Below, in pieces: positions 38,423 through 47,781 of a stretch of DNA of 64,000 nt (positions are counted from its first letter, which is position 1; every line of letters starts with the position of its first letter). A program made the position numbers and the translations under genes. The notes beneath the pieces are model-generated. The model was not told the DNA's origin and ran no database searches. It saw only the letters and a program-made list of their open reading frames with translations. Source of the stretch: an uncultured virus (IMG/VR IMGVR_UViG_3300020281_001373) (taxonomy: Duplodnaviria; Heunggongvirae; Uroviricota; Caudoviricetes); IMG/VR virus record IMGVR_UViG_3300020281_001373. One strand, given 5' to 3'.

Positions 38423-39122
38423 TTTTTTAATAATTATTATTATAGCCACTATATGGTCAGATCAGGCTAAGGGCAGTGACATATATGTATCACAATCAGG
38501 AGATAACTTCACTTTAAATATAGATCAAGATGGAGATAATCATCTTATTCGTGGTTATCATAATCAAACCGCTAGTATACAAGGTAGCAATAATGATCTC
38601 AGAATTAGACAACGTTCATCTATTACAACTGGTACATTTTCCACAGCACATGTAGATATTAATGGTAGCAATAACGACATATACATGGGTATGGGTTGGG
38701 GTACTACAAACTTTAATAACTTTAATGCTACTGATCATCAAGAGGCTGGTAATCATAATCAAAAATTATATCTACAAGGTTCTAATAATGATATTTACAT
38801 GGGTCAAAGAAATGGTTCACCAAGTCAAGCATACAGTCCACATAATATAGATTTAAAAATATACAGTGATAATAATAATGTTGGAATATTTCAAGGTCAT
38901 GATGGTTCAAAAACAATGAACTTAACTATCAATAATGATAATAATAATGTGACTGCTTATCAATTAGGTTATAACTCCACACACAGTGCTACAATAACAT
39001 TAGATGGAAACTATGGTACTAACTTATATTTGAATCAAAACAATGGATATTCCAGTCATTCATATACACTTAATCAAACATGTATGAATTCAAATGGATG
39101 TAGTGTGACTGTAAATGACTAA
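38394..39122 (+). CDS. second curlin-like repeat protein
   Basis: DIYVSQSGDN, GSNND repeats, terminal CxxxxGC. Confidence 0.7.
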   Translation: MKSGFTKVISFLIIIIIATIWSDQAKGSDIYVSQSGDNFTLNIDQDGDNHLIRGYHNQTASIQGSNNDLRIRQRSSITTGTFSTAHVDINGSNNDIYMGMGWGTTNFNNFNATDHQEAGNHNQKLYLQGSNNDIYMGQRNGSPSQAYSPHNIDLKIYSDNNNVGIFQGHDGSKTMNLTINNDNNNVTAYQLGYNSTHSATITLDGNYGTNLYLNQNNGYSSHSYTLNQTCMNSNGCSVTVND

Positions 39123-40980
39123 ATTTTTTACACATTGGACATTTGCATTTGTCACACTCTTTATTCTTACATATATAGGATTACAAGACCCTACAATAAA
39201 AGAAACACTACGTTTAAAATCGTTTGACTTTCTTATTCAATCACAAGAAAAATCTTTATCTGATGACATTATAATTGTAGAGATTGATGAAAAGGCAATT
39301 GAAAAACATGGTCAATATCCATTTAACAGAAGTGTATATGCAGATCTTATTGTAAAGTTAAGAGATGCTGAAGCTGGTATCATTTTATTTCCAATATTAT
39401 TTTCTGAAGAAGATAGAATGGGTGGTGATGAATACTTTGGTGATGCATTACAATATGGTACTGTAATTGCACAAGTAGGTACAACACAAATAAACAAGAA
39501 TGCGGTTCCAAGAGGTGTTGCAAAGATAGGCGATCCATTACCATTTTTATTTGAATGGCCTGGAATGTTAGGACCTATACCTGAATTAAAATCAAATGGT
39601 GTTGGTGTTATTAATACTGCACCTGAAATTGATGGTGTTGTAAGAAGAGTACCATTACTTATGAGAATAGGTGAAGATGTATACCCATCAATGGCAATTG
39701 AAATGATAAGAGTTGCAACTGGCGATCCATCATATCAAGTAAAAGCTGATGAGAATGGTATAGTAGCTATGCGTGTACCTGGATACGCGACCATACCCAC
39801 AGACATGCACGCACGGGTATGGTTAAATTATAATAAGACCTTTGACTCTATCTCATTAGTAGATGATGATATGCATTTTGAGCTTGTTAAAGGTAAAACT
39901 GTAATAGTTTCATTAACAGCTGAAGGTTTAAACAATGTTATTGCTACACCCATAGGTGAACAATATGCTCATACAATAATAGCAAATAACATACAAACAA
40001 TTATTGATGGTGATAATATTACAAGAAATGATTTACATTTTCTAGAACTTATAGTTGCATTCTTGATATCTGCTTGCTTCATAGCACTAGCAAGAATTGC
40101 ACCTTATTGGATTATTGGCATGAGTCTTATAGGTGCATATATAGTGAGTATATATGGCACATACTATATGTTTCATCAGACAAGAGAAATGTATGATGTA
40201 AGTTGGTTCCTTATCATGATTACATTTGTAAGTTTACATTCTATCTTCAATAGATTCATATTAGAGTTTAATTTAAAACAACAGATAAGAAAACAATTTG
40301 AAAAGTATTTAGACCCAAGACAAGTTGCCATATTACAAAAGAATCCAGATAAGATTAAACTTGGTGGTGAAAGAAAAGAAATGAGTTTCTTATTTATGGA
40401 TATTGTAGGTTTTACACCAATATCAGAACATTACAAAAATAAGAATGACCCTGAAGGATTAGTAAAAGTTATTAATGATTATCTACATCGAATGAGTAAG
40501 ATAGTTCTTGATAATGGTGGTACAATAGATAAGTATATGGGTGATTGTATTATGGCTTTTTGGAATGCACCACTTGATTGTGACAACCATGCTGAGATGG
40601 CGGTGAAGTCTGCTATTGAATGTGCTGAAGAAACAGAAAAGATTAAAGAAGAGTTTAAAGCAAAAGGATTACCAGAAATTAATATTGGTAGTGGTGTAAA
40701 TACAGGAACTTGTATTGTAGGTAATATGGGTAGTGAAATGAGATTAGATTATAGTGTTATTGGAGATGCTGTAAACTTAGCAGCAAGATTAGAAGCACAA
40801 ACTAGAAACTATAAAGATAAAGATGGTAATGTCACACCATTATTATATTCACAACACACTAAGGATTTACTTAGTAATATAGACTCTATCGAAGTGGATA
40901 AGATTAAAGTTAAAGGTAAAGAAGAGTTAATTACAATCTATTCGCCAGTATCTACCATCTCAGCTTCTAAACCAGGATAA
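39115..40980 (+). CDS. CHASE2-domain class III adenylate cyclase
   Basis: IDE..G.YPF.R, DGVVRR, TM helices, DIVGFT, DKYMGD, GDAVNLAARLE. Confidence 0.92.
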   Translation: MTKFFTHWTFAFVTLFILTYIGLQDPTIKETLRLKSFDFLIQSQEKSLSDDIIIVEIDEKAIEKHGQYPFNRSVYADLIVKLRDAEAGIILFPILFSEEDRMGGDEYFGDALQYGTVIAQVGTTQINKNAVPRGVAKIGDPLPFLFEWPGMLGPIPELKSNGVGVINTAPEIDGVVRRVPLLMRIGEDVYPSMAIEMIRVATGDPSYQVKADENGIVAMRVPGYATIPTDMHARVWLNYNKTFDSISLVDDDMHFELVKGKTVIVSLTAEGLNNVIATPIGEQYAHTIIANNIQTIIDGDNITRNDLHFLELIVAFLISACFIALARIAPYWIIGMSLIGAYIVSIYGTYYMFHQTREMYDVSWFLIMITFVSLHSIFNRFILEFNLKQQIRKQFEKYLDPRQVAILQKNPDKIKLGGERKEMSFLFMDIVGFTPISEHYKNKNDPEGLVKVINDYLHRMSKIVLDNGGTIDKYMGDCIMAFWNAPLDCDNHAEMAVKSAIECAEETEKIKEEFKAKGLPEINIGSGVNTGTCIVGNMGSEMRLDYSVIGDAVNLAARLEAQTRNYKDKDGNVTPLLYSQHTKDLLSNIDSIEVDKIKVKGKEELITIYSPVSTISASKPG

Positions 40981-42515
40981 TAGTTCTCACCATATATTTG
41001 TCTTTGTGTGTAGTTATATACAAATGCCGCAGTCTTTCTTTCCATCTTTTCCATGTTAAGATTCTTCTGATAAGTATGTTGTAAGAAATAGTGGTCTTCT
41101 TCAATTGCAGATAATTCCATAAGTCTAAATCCAGCAACTTTTACAAAATCATTTGAAGCATAATTTAATTCAACACATTTTCTATTTGCTGTTGATGAGT
41201 TAAAGTTCTTGTGTTTCCAATATAGACCATTACCTGGAATTGGAAACTTATATCCCCATTTCTGTGCATCCTTATCAAACTTACTCATTTGCAATTCACC
41301 TGGTTTTTCATGTTGATTTATATAGAGTGGTTGAAATATCCAGTATCCTGGTTGATGTTTTACCATCCAATCCCATGTTTCTTGTAGACTCTCATTTGTT
41401 TCTCCAGGTAAACCAACAATAAGTCCTAATTCATATGTGACCTTATCTCCCCAATATTCCATGAGTTCTTCTAAGAATTCTTTACCTTGTCTACCATTCC
41501 AACCTTTACCAATTGCTTTTGAAGCTTCAGGATGAAAAGATTCTATGCCAAAGAATGGTGATACTAATCCTATCTCTCTTAATAAATCTTTCTGTGCTTG
41601 TCTTGCCCAGATCAAATCCATTCTATGGTAGCCTACATACTTTAAATCGAATGGCAAGTCACTTGATATTTTTGCAAGTTCTTCCATCTTTTCCATATCT
41701 TCATTGAATGTATCATCAGTAAATACATATTTTGTGGTACCAAATTCCTCATAGTTTGCAATAAACTCGTCTTTGATTCTAGAATAATCTCTTATATAAG
41801 TACCTTTCTTTTTTCCAATCAATGGATATGAACAGAATGCACATTCAAATTGGCAACCTCTACCCATTTCCATAAGCAGTGCTTCATTAGGACTAATAGA
41901 CATGCTTTGTCCTAAGTATGCACGAGTTGCCTTTTGAATATCAAATTCATTTCTTTTTCCTGTAAAACCTGACATCTCATCAAGATATTTTAGGAAACTA
42001 TCTTCAGCGAAACCATGAAACTTTCTCCATTCGAAATGCATATTACCGTAATGTGTTTGTGAACCACCCATTACCCAATCTAATTGTGGATGTCTTTTTT
42101 CTAAAACATCTCTTGCTTTCATTACCCAAAACGGTTCTTCAGTTTTATTTGGAGCAGCCATCATGTTAGTAAAGTTCTGATCGAATAGCTTTCTCTTTTT
42201 TACAGGGTCATCTGAATGACCAATCTGATCACCTACTGATGTAGTATATGTGTTTGTTTTTTCTGAACCTTTTGCTTTCTTCATCCTTACACTTGGATGC
42301 CAGAAAGATGTGCTTACACCGATACCAATTGTTTCTGGACCGATATATTTTTCATTAATTTCTAAAAATGCTTTTTCATGTATAAGATGACAAAAGTCTA
42401 TTACCTTAACATCATAACCATGTTGAATACACCATGACGCAAGTTGATGTGGACCTATAGGCCTAATTGGAGCGAAGTCCTCTGCCAAGCAGTTCCAAAT
42501 TACAAAATGCGCCAT
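40938..42515 (-). CDS. B12-binding-domain radical SAM enzyme
   Basis: PIGPHQLASW..GYDVKVIDF; GRGCQFECAFC; DDTFN; GIES; IVGLPGET. Confidence 0.85.
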   Translation of the reverse strand: MAHFVIWNCLAEDFAPIRPIGPHQLASWCIQHGYDVKVIDFCHLIHEKAFLEINEKYIGPETIGIGVSTSFWHPSVRMKKAKGSEKTNTYTTSVGDQIGHSDDPVKKRKLFDQNFTNMMAAPNKTEEPFWVMKARDVLEKRHPQLDWVMGGSQTHYGNMHFEWRKFHGFAEDSFLKYLDEMSGFTGKRNEFDIQKATRAYLGQSMSISPNEALLMEMGRGCQFECAFCSYPLIGKKKGTYIRDYSRIKDEFIANYEEFGTTKYVFTDDTFNEDMEKMEELAKISSDLPFDLKYVGYHRMDLIWARQAQKDLLREIGLVSPFFGIESFHPEASKAIGKGWNGRQGKEFLEELMEYWGDKVTYELGLIVGLPGETNESLQETWDWMVKHQPGYWIFQPLYINQHEKPGELQMSKFDKDAQKWGYKFPIPGNGLYWKHKNFNSSTANRKCVELNYASNDFVKVAGFRLMELSAIEEDHYFLQHTYQKNLNMEKMERKTAAFVYNYTQRQIYGENYYPGLEAEMVDTGE

Positions 42516-42530
42516 GTTATATTTAACTAA

Positions 42531-43433
42531 CTAAGCGTCAGATGCTAGTGACTTAAAGTAATCTTCCAGATCTTCATCATCTTCTTTTGTAGTGGTATCT
42601 TTGCTTTCAAATACTTGTGCAAAGTCATCACCTTTAGATTCAGATGTTTCAGCTGTTGGTACTTCTACAGTTTTTGTAGATACTGCAGGTGTTTCCATAG
42701 ATTCACCAAGAACCATAGTAAGTTTTTCTTTTAGTTCATCATAAGACTTGAACTTATCTTCTGCGACAAGATCATGTACATCATGTTGAGCATCAAAGAT
42801 AGCTTTCATTTTCTCTTCTGACTCTGATAAAGCAGATGCTTTTTCAAATGTAGATGAGTCATAGTTCCAATATCCACCAACCATTTTGATTTTAATTCTA
42901 AAGTTTGCACCTTCTAATAAATCAAATGGGTTTACCGGCTGATCATCATCAAATTCAGGTTGCATAGCAGACATAATTTTGTCAAATATTTTTTGACCAA
43001 ATTTGTATATCTTAACTTTACCTTCATTTGTAGTATCATTAGGATCGTTAAGAATAAGAGCATTCGCATAATAAGCAGTTCTTCTTTTCTGCTTTCTTGC
43101 AATTTCTTTATTCTCTTCAATACCTGAGTTCCATAACTTTGAGTTATGTTCAGATACCGGATCTTGTTTACCGATAGTAGTAAGAGAGTTCTCTATATAC
43201 CATTTACCAGTGGGACCTTGAAAACCATGATCGTACATAGTCACCCAAGGTGTTTTGTTGGAATCTTTACCAGGTAAGAATCGAACTACAGCATAACCTG
43301 TACCATCTTTTCCCATACGTGGTTTCCAGATACGATCATCATCGTAGCTTTTCTTCTCCGTATTTTTCTGTAAAGATTGTTGAAGTTGCTCAAATTGGCT
43401 TGAGCGGTTTTTTAGATAATCATCAAAAGACAT
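42531..43433 (-). CDS. gp32: single-stranded DNA-binding protein gp32
   Basis: DDRIWKP, GYAVVRFLP, WYIENSLTT, GANF.IKI, acidic tail. Confidence 0.95.
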   Translation of the reverse strand: MSFDDYLKNRSSQFEQLQQSLQKNTEKKSYDDDRIWKPRMGKDGTGYAVVRFLPGKDSNKTPWVTMYDHGFQGPTGKWYIENSLTTIGKQDPVSEHNSKLWNSGIEENKEIARKQKRRTAYYANALILNDPNDTTNEGKVKIYKFGQKIFDKIMSAMQPEFDDDQPVNPFDLLEGANFRIKIKMVGGYWNYDSSTFEKASALSESEEKMKAIFDAQHDVHDLVAEDKFKSYDELKEKLTMVLGESMETPAVSTKTVEVPTAETSESKGDDFAQVFESKDTTTKEDDEDLEDYFKSLASDA

Positions 43434-43489
43434 AATTTACCTCCGTTTCGTCGTTTCGATTTTTCGTTACAGATAAGTTTAACAAGATT

Positions 43490-44077
43490 CTAGCTTGATA
43501 TAAGAATATCCCTTGCAATATCCTCATAATATTTATACTCTAATTTGTTTAATAAAAATGGTTTGTAGTTCTTTACTTTCTTTATATAGTCTGGCCATAC
43601 AAATGGTAAATCAACCATCTTTTCGTGCTTCTCCAAATATGGATGTATTCTATCTAATAATACCACGGATTCAAGATTTATTTCGTTTTTTAACACTTTA
43701 TCATGAATTAATGGTATTGAATCGTGTGAAGCTGCCAACATCTTTGGTGGACCAACTTCTTTAATATGTTCTAAGTCTTCTCTAAATAATTGTGGCATTC
43801 TTCTTAGTTTATTAATCCACTCTTCGTAAGTGGACTTATTCATGTTCTTTATCCAACATTTTGGGTCTGTAATAAAATGTGATACATAGAAGTCTTCAAT
43901 ATCTTCGGCATTTATAATCTTTGTAATCTTTTCAAATGAGAACATATCATTTCTTTTTTGATATGCATCTGTGGAAGCCTTTACTTTACCAGCAAACTTA
44001 TGATAATCATAATTACTTGTAAAGTGTCTTTGTAATGCTAAATATTTTAAATATGCGAGATAACCGCTTTTTGTCAT
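43490..44077 (-). CDS. gp59: helicase loader gp59
   Basis: YLALQRHFT..YDYHKF.GK..KRND; adjacent to gp32. Confidence 0.85.
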   Translation of the reverse strand: MTKSGYLAYLKYLALQRHFTSNYDYHKFAGKVKASTDAYQKRNDMFSFEKITKIINAEDIEDFYVSHFITDPKCWIKNMNKSTYEEWINKLRRMPQLFREDLEHIKEVGPPKMLAASHDSIPLIHDKVLKNEINLESVVLLDRIHPYLEKHEKMVDLPFVWPDYIKKVKNYKPFLLNKLEYKYYEDIARDILISS

Positions 44078-44637
44078 GTACTATACCTATAATTTACTTC
44101 TGCATGTTTTTCTTCATCAGCTCTTATCTTTACGATAATATCTCTGAGTGTTGCATCATCTTTTAAATTATAGTACTGTTTTGCGAGTTTTGTTGCTGGA
44201 ATATTTTCAGTTTGTCCAGAATCTACCATGTGTAAGTAGTGAGTGTATGATACAACAGCTTCTCTCTCAAAGTAATGTATCATACGGTGTGCTGTCTTTG
44301 GAAAGAATACAAATAAGAAAAAGTAAAATACAAGAAAGATACCTTGTGCAAATAGTACTAACCATCTTTCAAACCAAGTTGGTTTTGCTATATCAATAAA
44401 AATCATGAGATGCATTCTTTCATTCTCAGCTTCAGCCATCATCTCTCTAATCTTAGGACCAAGACCAGCTTCCATTTTTCTTAATGATTTCATATGTAGC
44501 CAAACACCTGCTACAATTCCTGGAACACCTGCAATAGTCTCTAATACGACGGCTCTATGACCATATCTTTTAGCAAAAAAAGTATCTGCTATAAATCTAA
44601 AGAAAGCGGTCATTGACCTTGCAAACTTATCAGACAA
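44074..44637 (-). CDS. aox: alternative oxidase (TTG start)
   Basis: LETIAGVPG, EAENERMHL, FEREAV.SY, RADEEKH. Confidence 0.92.
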   Translation of the reverse strand: MSDKFARSMTAFFRFIADTFFAKRYGHRAVVLETIAGVPGIVAGVWLHMKSLRKMEAGLGPKIREMMAEAENERMHLMIFIDIAKPTWFERWLVLFAQGIFLVFYFFLFVFFPKTAHRMIHYFEREAVVSYTHYLHMVDSGQTENIPATKLAKQYYNLKDDATLRDIIVKIRADEEKHAEVNYRYST

Positions 44638-44920
44638 GACTATTCACCTTATATTTCAACATGTTTAAATCAGAAGCATCCTTCTCAATCTTTTCTTTTA
44701 TATTCTTTGGCAACATTAACTTCATACCTTCTACTTCCAAACCATACTTCTCACAGACATATACTACTGCGTCAATATAATTACCACCACCATTAGCAAC
44801 AACTTCTTCTATTTCTTTTGGTAGGTTTTTAACTTTAGCCTGAAAATCACTATCTGTAATTTGTTTTTTCTTAGACGATAATTTAGGTAATGTATCTTTT
44901 TCTTCTAAACCAATCTGCAT
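44630..44920 (-). CDS. gp33: late transcription coactivator gp33
   Basis: YIDAVVYVCE..LEVE..IKEKIE.DA..LNML. Confidence 0.8.
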   Translation of the reverse strand: MQIGLEEKDTLPKLSSKKKQITDSDFQAKVKNLPKEIEEVVANGGGNYIDAVVYVCEKYGLEVEGMKLMLPKNIKEKIEKDASDLNMLKYKVNSLV

Positions 44921-45147
44921 TACTCTATCACCGGATTATCTTTTACATCATAGTCTTTTTCAAGAACTGATTTAATTAAGTTTGATAGAACAACATCTAA
45001 GTCATTCATGTTTCTCATTCTATAATAATCCTCAAGCAATTGCAGAATTCTAATTTGTTCTTTCTCTGGTACAGTTGAATTCTTCTTAAATGATATAATG
45101 TCTTGCATTACTTTCTGTACTTCGGATGGTCCAATAAAACTATCCAT
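44920..45147 (-). CDS. hypothetical protein (start corrected to 45147)
   Basis: AGGAG RBS, MDSFIGPSEV. Confidence 0.55.
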   Translation of the reverse strand: MDSFIGPSEVQKVMQDIISFKKNSTVPEKEQIRILQLLEDYYRMRNMNDLDVVLSNLIKSVLEKDYDVKDNPVIE

Positions 45148-45805
45148 ATTCACTCTCCTGTTGTTTTGATTTATATAAGCTAATTCTTGTTTTAAGCCGC
45201 TCAGTCCAATATTTATTGTCTCGTGCTGACTTTGTAAATTCCTGTATCTGGCCATTCTGACAGCAGATAATAATTTTAGTATTCTTAGGTAAAATTTTTG
45301 TATGTTCATAAAATGCATTAAAATAAAAAGCCGCTTGAATAAAGTAATCAGAAATCCAATCTTCATTTTTAGGTTTCTTTGAAGTCTTGAAATCAATAAC
45401 AGATATTTCACCATCCATTTCTGCAATGCAATCTACAGTTCCAGCAACTCCTAATCTGTCGCTATATACTGCTTGTTCTAAACACTTAACAGTAGAAATC
45501 CTGTCAAGGGTAGGACGTATGGCTCTAAATAATAAAGACTGTTTGAAATCTTCGTTAAGAAGGTATTGCTCACACTCTTTATGAAAGTTAGTACCATGTC
45601 TTGTGGCTGCATTGCTGATTCTGTTTGCTTCTTTCTCACCAACTCTTTTCTTCCACTCCATTAACTTAGTCATATCCTTAGTACGACCAAGTACTGTTGT
45701 TATAGATGGATATTTATTACCATCCGGTGTATTGTAATATCGTCTATCAGGTTCCGTAACTTGCTCGAGTTTTGGAACATCAATAAAATCATGTTTGAAC
45801 TTCAT
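45140..45805 (-). CDS. PD-(D/E)XK exonuclease
   Basis: YPSITTVL, GT.FH, AGTVDCIAE, IDFKTS, Q..FY. Confidence 0.88.
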   Translation of the reverse strand: MKFKHDFIDVPKLEQVTEPDRRYYNTPDGNKYPSITTVLGRTKDMTKLMEWKKRVGEKEANRISNAATRHGTNFHKECEQYLLNEDFKQSLLFRAIRPTLDRISTVKCLEQAVYSDRLGVAGTVDCIAEMDGEISVIDFKTSKKPKNEDWISDYFIQAAFYFNAFYEHTKILPKNTKIIICCQNGQIQEFTKSARDNKYWTERLKTRISLYKSKQQESEYG

Positions 45806-46919
45806 CTATAATCTTTTTAACATCTTTCTCATCGAGCACAGCCGATTCTAAATTAAACATATAGTCTAATAATACCATTTCAATTAGAGATTTTAATCCT
45901 CTAGCTCCTACCTTTCTTTCAATTGCCTTCTCAGCAATATATTCTAGACCTTTCTTAGATATCTTTAACTCTAAATCAGAGTATGCAAATAATCTACCGT
46001 ATTGGTCCATGAGATTATTCTTTACTTTAGTTAATATGTCTATAAGATTTTCTTTAGTTAGTTCTTGTAATGGTGCAATAGTTGGTATACGACCGAGAAT
46101 CTCAGGTATAAAGCCATATTCTTCTAAATCTTCTGGTTGTACCTTATTGAATATATTTACTAATGATTCAGCTTCTTTAAAATTAGCACCGAATCCAATA
46201 CTTCTTTTATCTTCACCAAGTCTTTTTTGAATTATTTCATCTAAACCAGTAAATGCACCACCTACAATAAACAATATGTTAGATGTATCTACAACAAATC
46301 TAATTTTAGAAAGACCTTGCATTCTTTCCATTTCTATTTCAGTTCCTTCAATTAGCTTTAAGAGTGCTTGTTGTACCGCTTCTCCACCAACATCTTTTCT
46401 TTTATTTCCACCACCATCAGTCTTACTACATATCTTATCAAACTCATCTATGAATACTATACCAGTTGCAGCTGCATCAAAGTTTCCTCTAGCATTTTGA
46501 AATAGACCATCAACAACAGACTCTACATCTTTACCTACATAACCAGATGCTGTCATATTATTAGCATCAGCAATATAATATGGTACCTTCATCATCTCAG
46601 CAAGCTTCTTTACAAGATAAGTTTTACCAGAACCTGTAGGTCCTAATAACATAAGATTAGTCTTCTCGATTTTATTCTTATCATCATAACCCTCATCTTT
46701 AAATATCATTAGTCTTTTATAATGGTTATGCGCACCAACAGAAAGTATTTTCTTTGCTCTATCTTGACTTATAACATAATCATCAAGATAGTCATATATT
46801 TCTTTTGGTGTTGGTAATGTAAAATCGAGTTGTGCTTTGACAGTATAGAGACTTAATTTTTCTCTGGTCTGTCTAATATTATTAAGTAAGAATTCCTTAT
46901 CACTCGCACTTATCGTCAT
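45789..46919 (-). CDS. clpX: ClpX AAA+ unfoldase lacking the N-terminal zinc domain
   Basis: GPTGSGKT, GYVG, IDEFDK, VQQALLK, IGF loop, PEILGR, GARGL. Confidence 0.92.
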   Translation of the reverse strand: MTISASDKEFLLNNIRQTREKLSLYTVKAQLDFTLPTPKEIYDYLDDYVISQDRAKKILSVGAHNHYKRLMIFKDEGYDDKNKIEKTNLMLLGPTGSGKTYLVKKLAEMMKVPYYIADANNMTASGYVGKDVESVVDGLFQNARGNFDAAATGIVFIDEFDKICSKTDGGGNKRKDVGGEAVQQALLKLIEGTEIEMERMQGLSKIRFVVDTSNILFIVGGAFTGLDEIIQKRLGEDKRSIGFGANFKEAESLVNIFNKVQPEDLEEYGFIPEILGRIPTIAPLQELTKENLIDILTKVKNNLMDQYGRLFAYSDLELKISKKGLEYIAEKAIERKVGARGLKSLIEMVLLDYMFNLESAVLDEKDVKKIIDEVQT

Positions 46920-47334
46920 ATTGGTTATGCTTTCTATGGGATTGTTTTTCTTCCCAGTCCTCTATTGCTTTTTTAATACCACTCTCTGCAAGAACAGAAC
47001 AGTGGAGTTTAATTGGTGGTAGTTGTAATGCCTCAGCAATCTCTTTATCTTTAATTTGTTTTGCTTCTTCAATTGTTTTACCCGTTAACATTTCTACGAA
47101 CATAGTAGATGATGCTATTGCACTACCACATCCATAGGTTTTAAACTTTACATCTATTATTATACCATTTTCATCGAGTTTTAATTGGAGTTTCATTACA
47201 TCTCCGCATGCGGGTGCACCTACCATACCAGTAGCTACATTAGGATCGTTAGGATTAAACCTTCCGACCGAGTGTTTTTCTGGGTTCTTTAGAACAGATT
47301 CAAATCTGTCTACAACCTTCTGTGAATATGCCAT
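46900..47334 (-). CDS. iscU: Fe-S scaffold IscU
   Basis: GAPACGDVM, KTYGCGSAIAS, LPPIKLHCS. Confidence 0.95.
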   Translation of the reverse strand: MAYSQKVVDRFESVLKNPEKHSVGRFNPNDPNVATGMVGAPACGDVMKLQLKLDENGIIIDVKFKTYGCGSAIASSTMFVEMLTGKTIEEAKQIKDKEIAEALQLPPIKLHCSVLAESGIKKAIEDWEEKQSHRKHNQYDDKCE

Positions 47335-47568
47335 TTATATTAAGTGATCTAAACCTTTTGAGAGTGGGTGTAGCTTCTTAGCTTCTCTCATTTTATCCTT
47401 GAAACCGTCAGGTAAATTTCTATCAGATCTTTGTGATATGATACCTGGCGAACCTATAATAAAGTGCCAACCTGGATTATCTTTTAACCATTGCTCTTTC
47501 TCAGAGTAAGGCATGATAACCTCTTTTTCTTTTTTTGTCTTCTTATTTTCTACAGTATATATGGGCAT
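47335..47568 (-). CDS. FmdB-like small protein (no Cys)
   Basis: MPIYTVEN..NP..DGFKD pattern. Confidence 0.55.
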   Translation of the reverse strand: MPIYTVENKKTKKEKEVIMPYSEKEQWLKDNPGWHFIIGSPGIISQRSDRNLPDGFKDKMREAKKLHPLSKGLDHLI

Positions 47569-47732
47569 TAGTTCTTTAATTTTTCTTTTTCGTTTAATCT
47601 TGCAAGCAATTCAGTGTAGAACTTTTTAAATTGTCTATCACTTTTAAATATAGTTGGCTTATCCTCAGCTGCGTGATTAATACGCTCCCAAGCTTTCTTG
47701 GCTGCAATTTCTGCTTCTTTTGAATATTCCAT
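47568..47732 (-). CDS. small protein (54 aa, not in ORF track)
   Basis: AGGAG RBS, MEYSKEAEIAAKKAWE. Confidence 0.55.
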   Translation of the reverse strand: MEYSKEAEIAAKKAWERINHAAEDKPTIFKSDRQFKKFYTELLARLNEKEKLKN

Positions 47733-47769
47733 ATCTGCTCTCCTGTATGTATATTATACCAAAATAAGG

Positions 47770-47777
47770 TATAAATA
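47770..47777 (+). promoter_or_regulatory. T4 late promoter TATAAATA
   Basis: exact consensus just before the gp2 ATG. Confidence 0.85.
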
Positions 47778-47781
47778 TATC

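Noticed and set aside
44920..45426. 168-aa ORF as given in the track
   Set aside because: The extension overlaps the exonuclease; the RBS supports a start at 45147.
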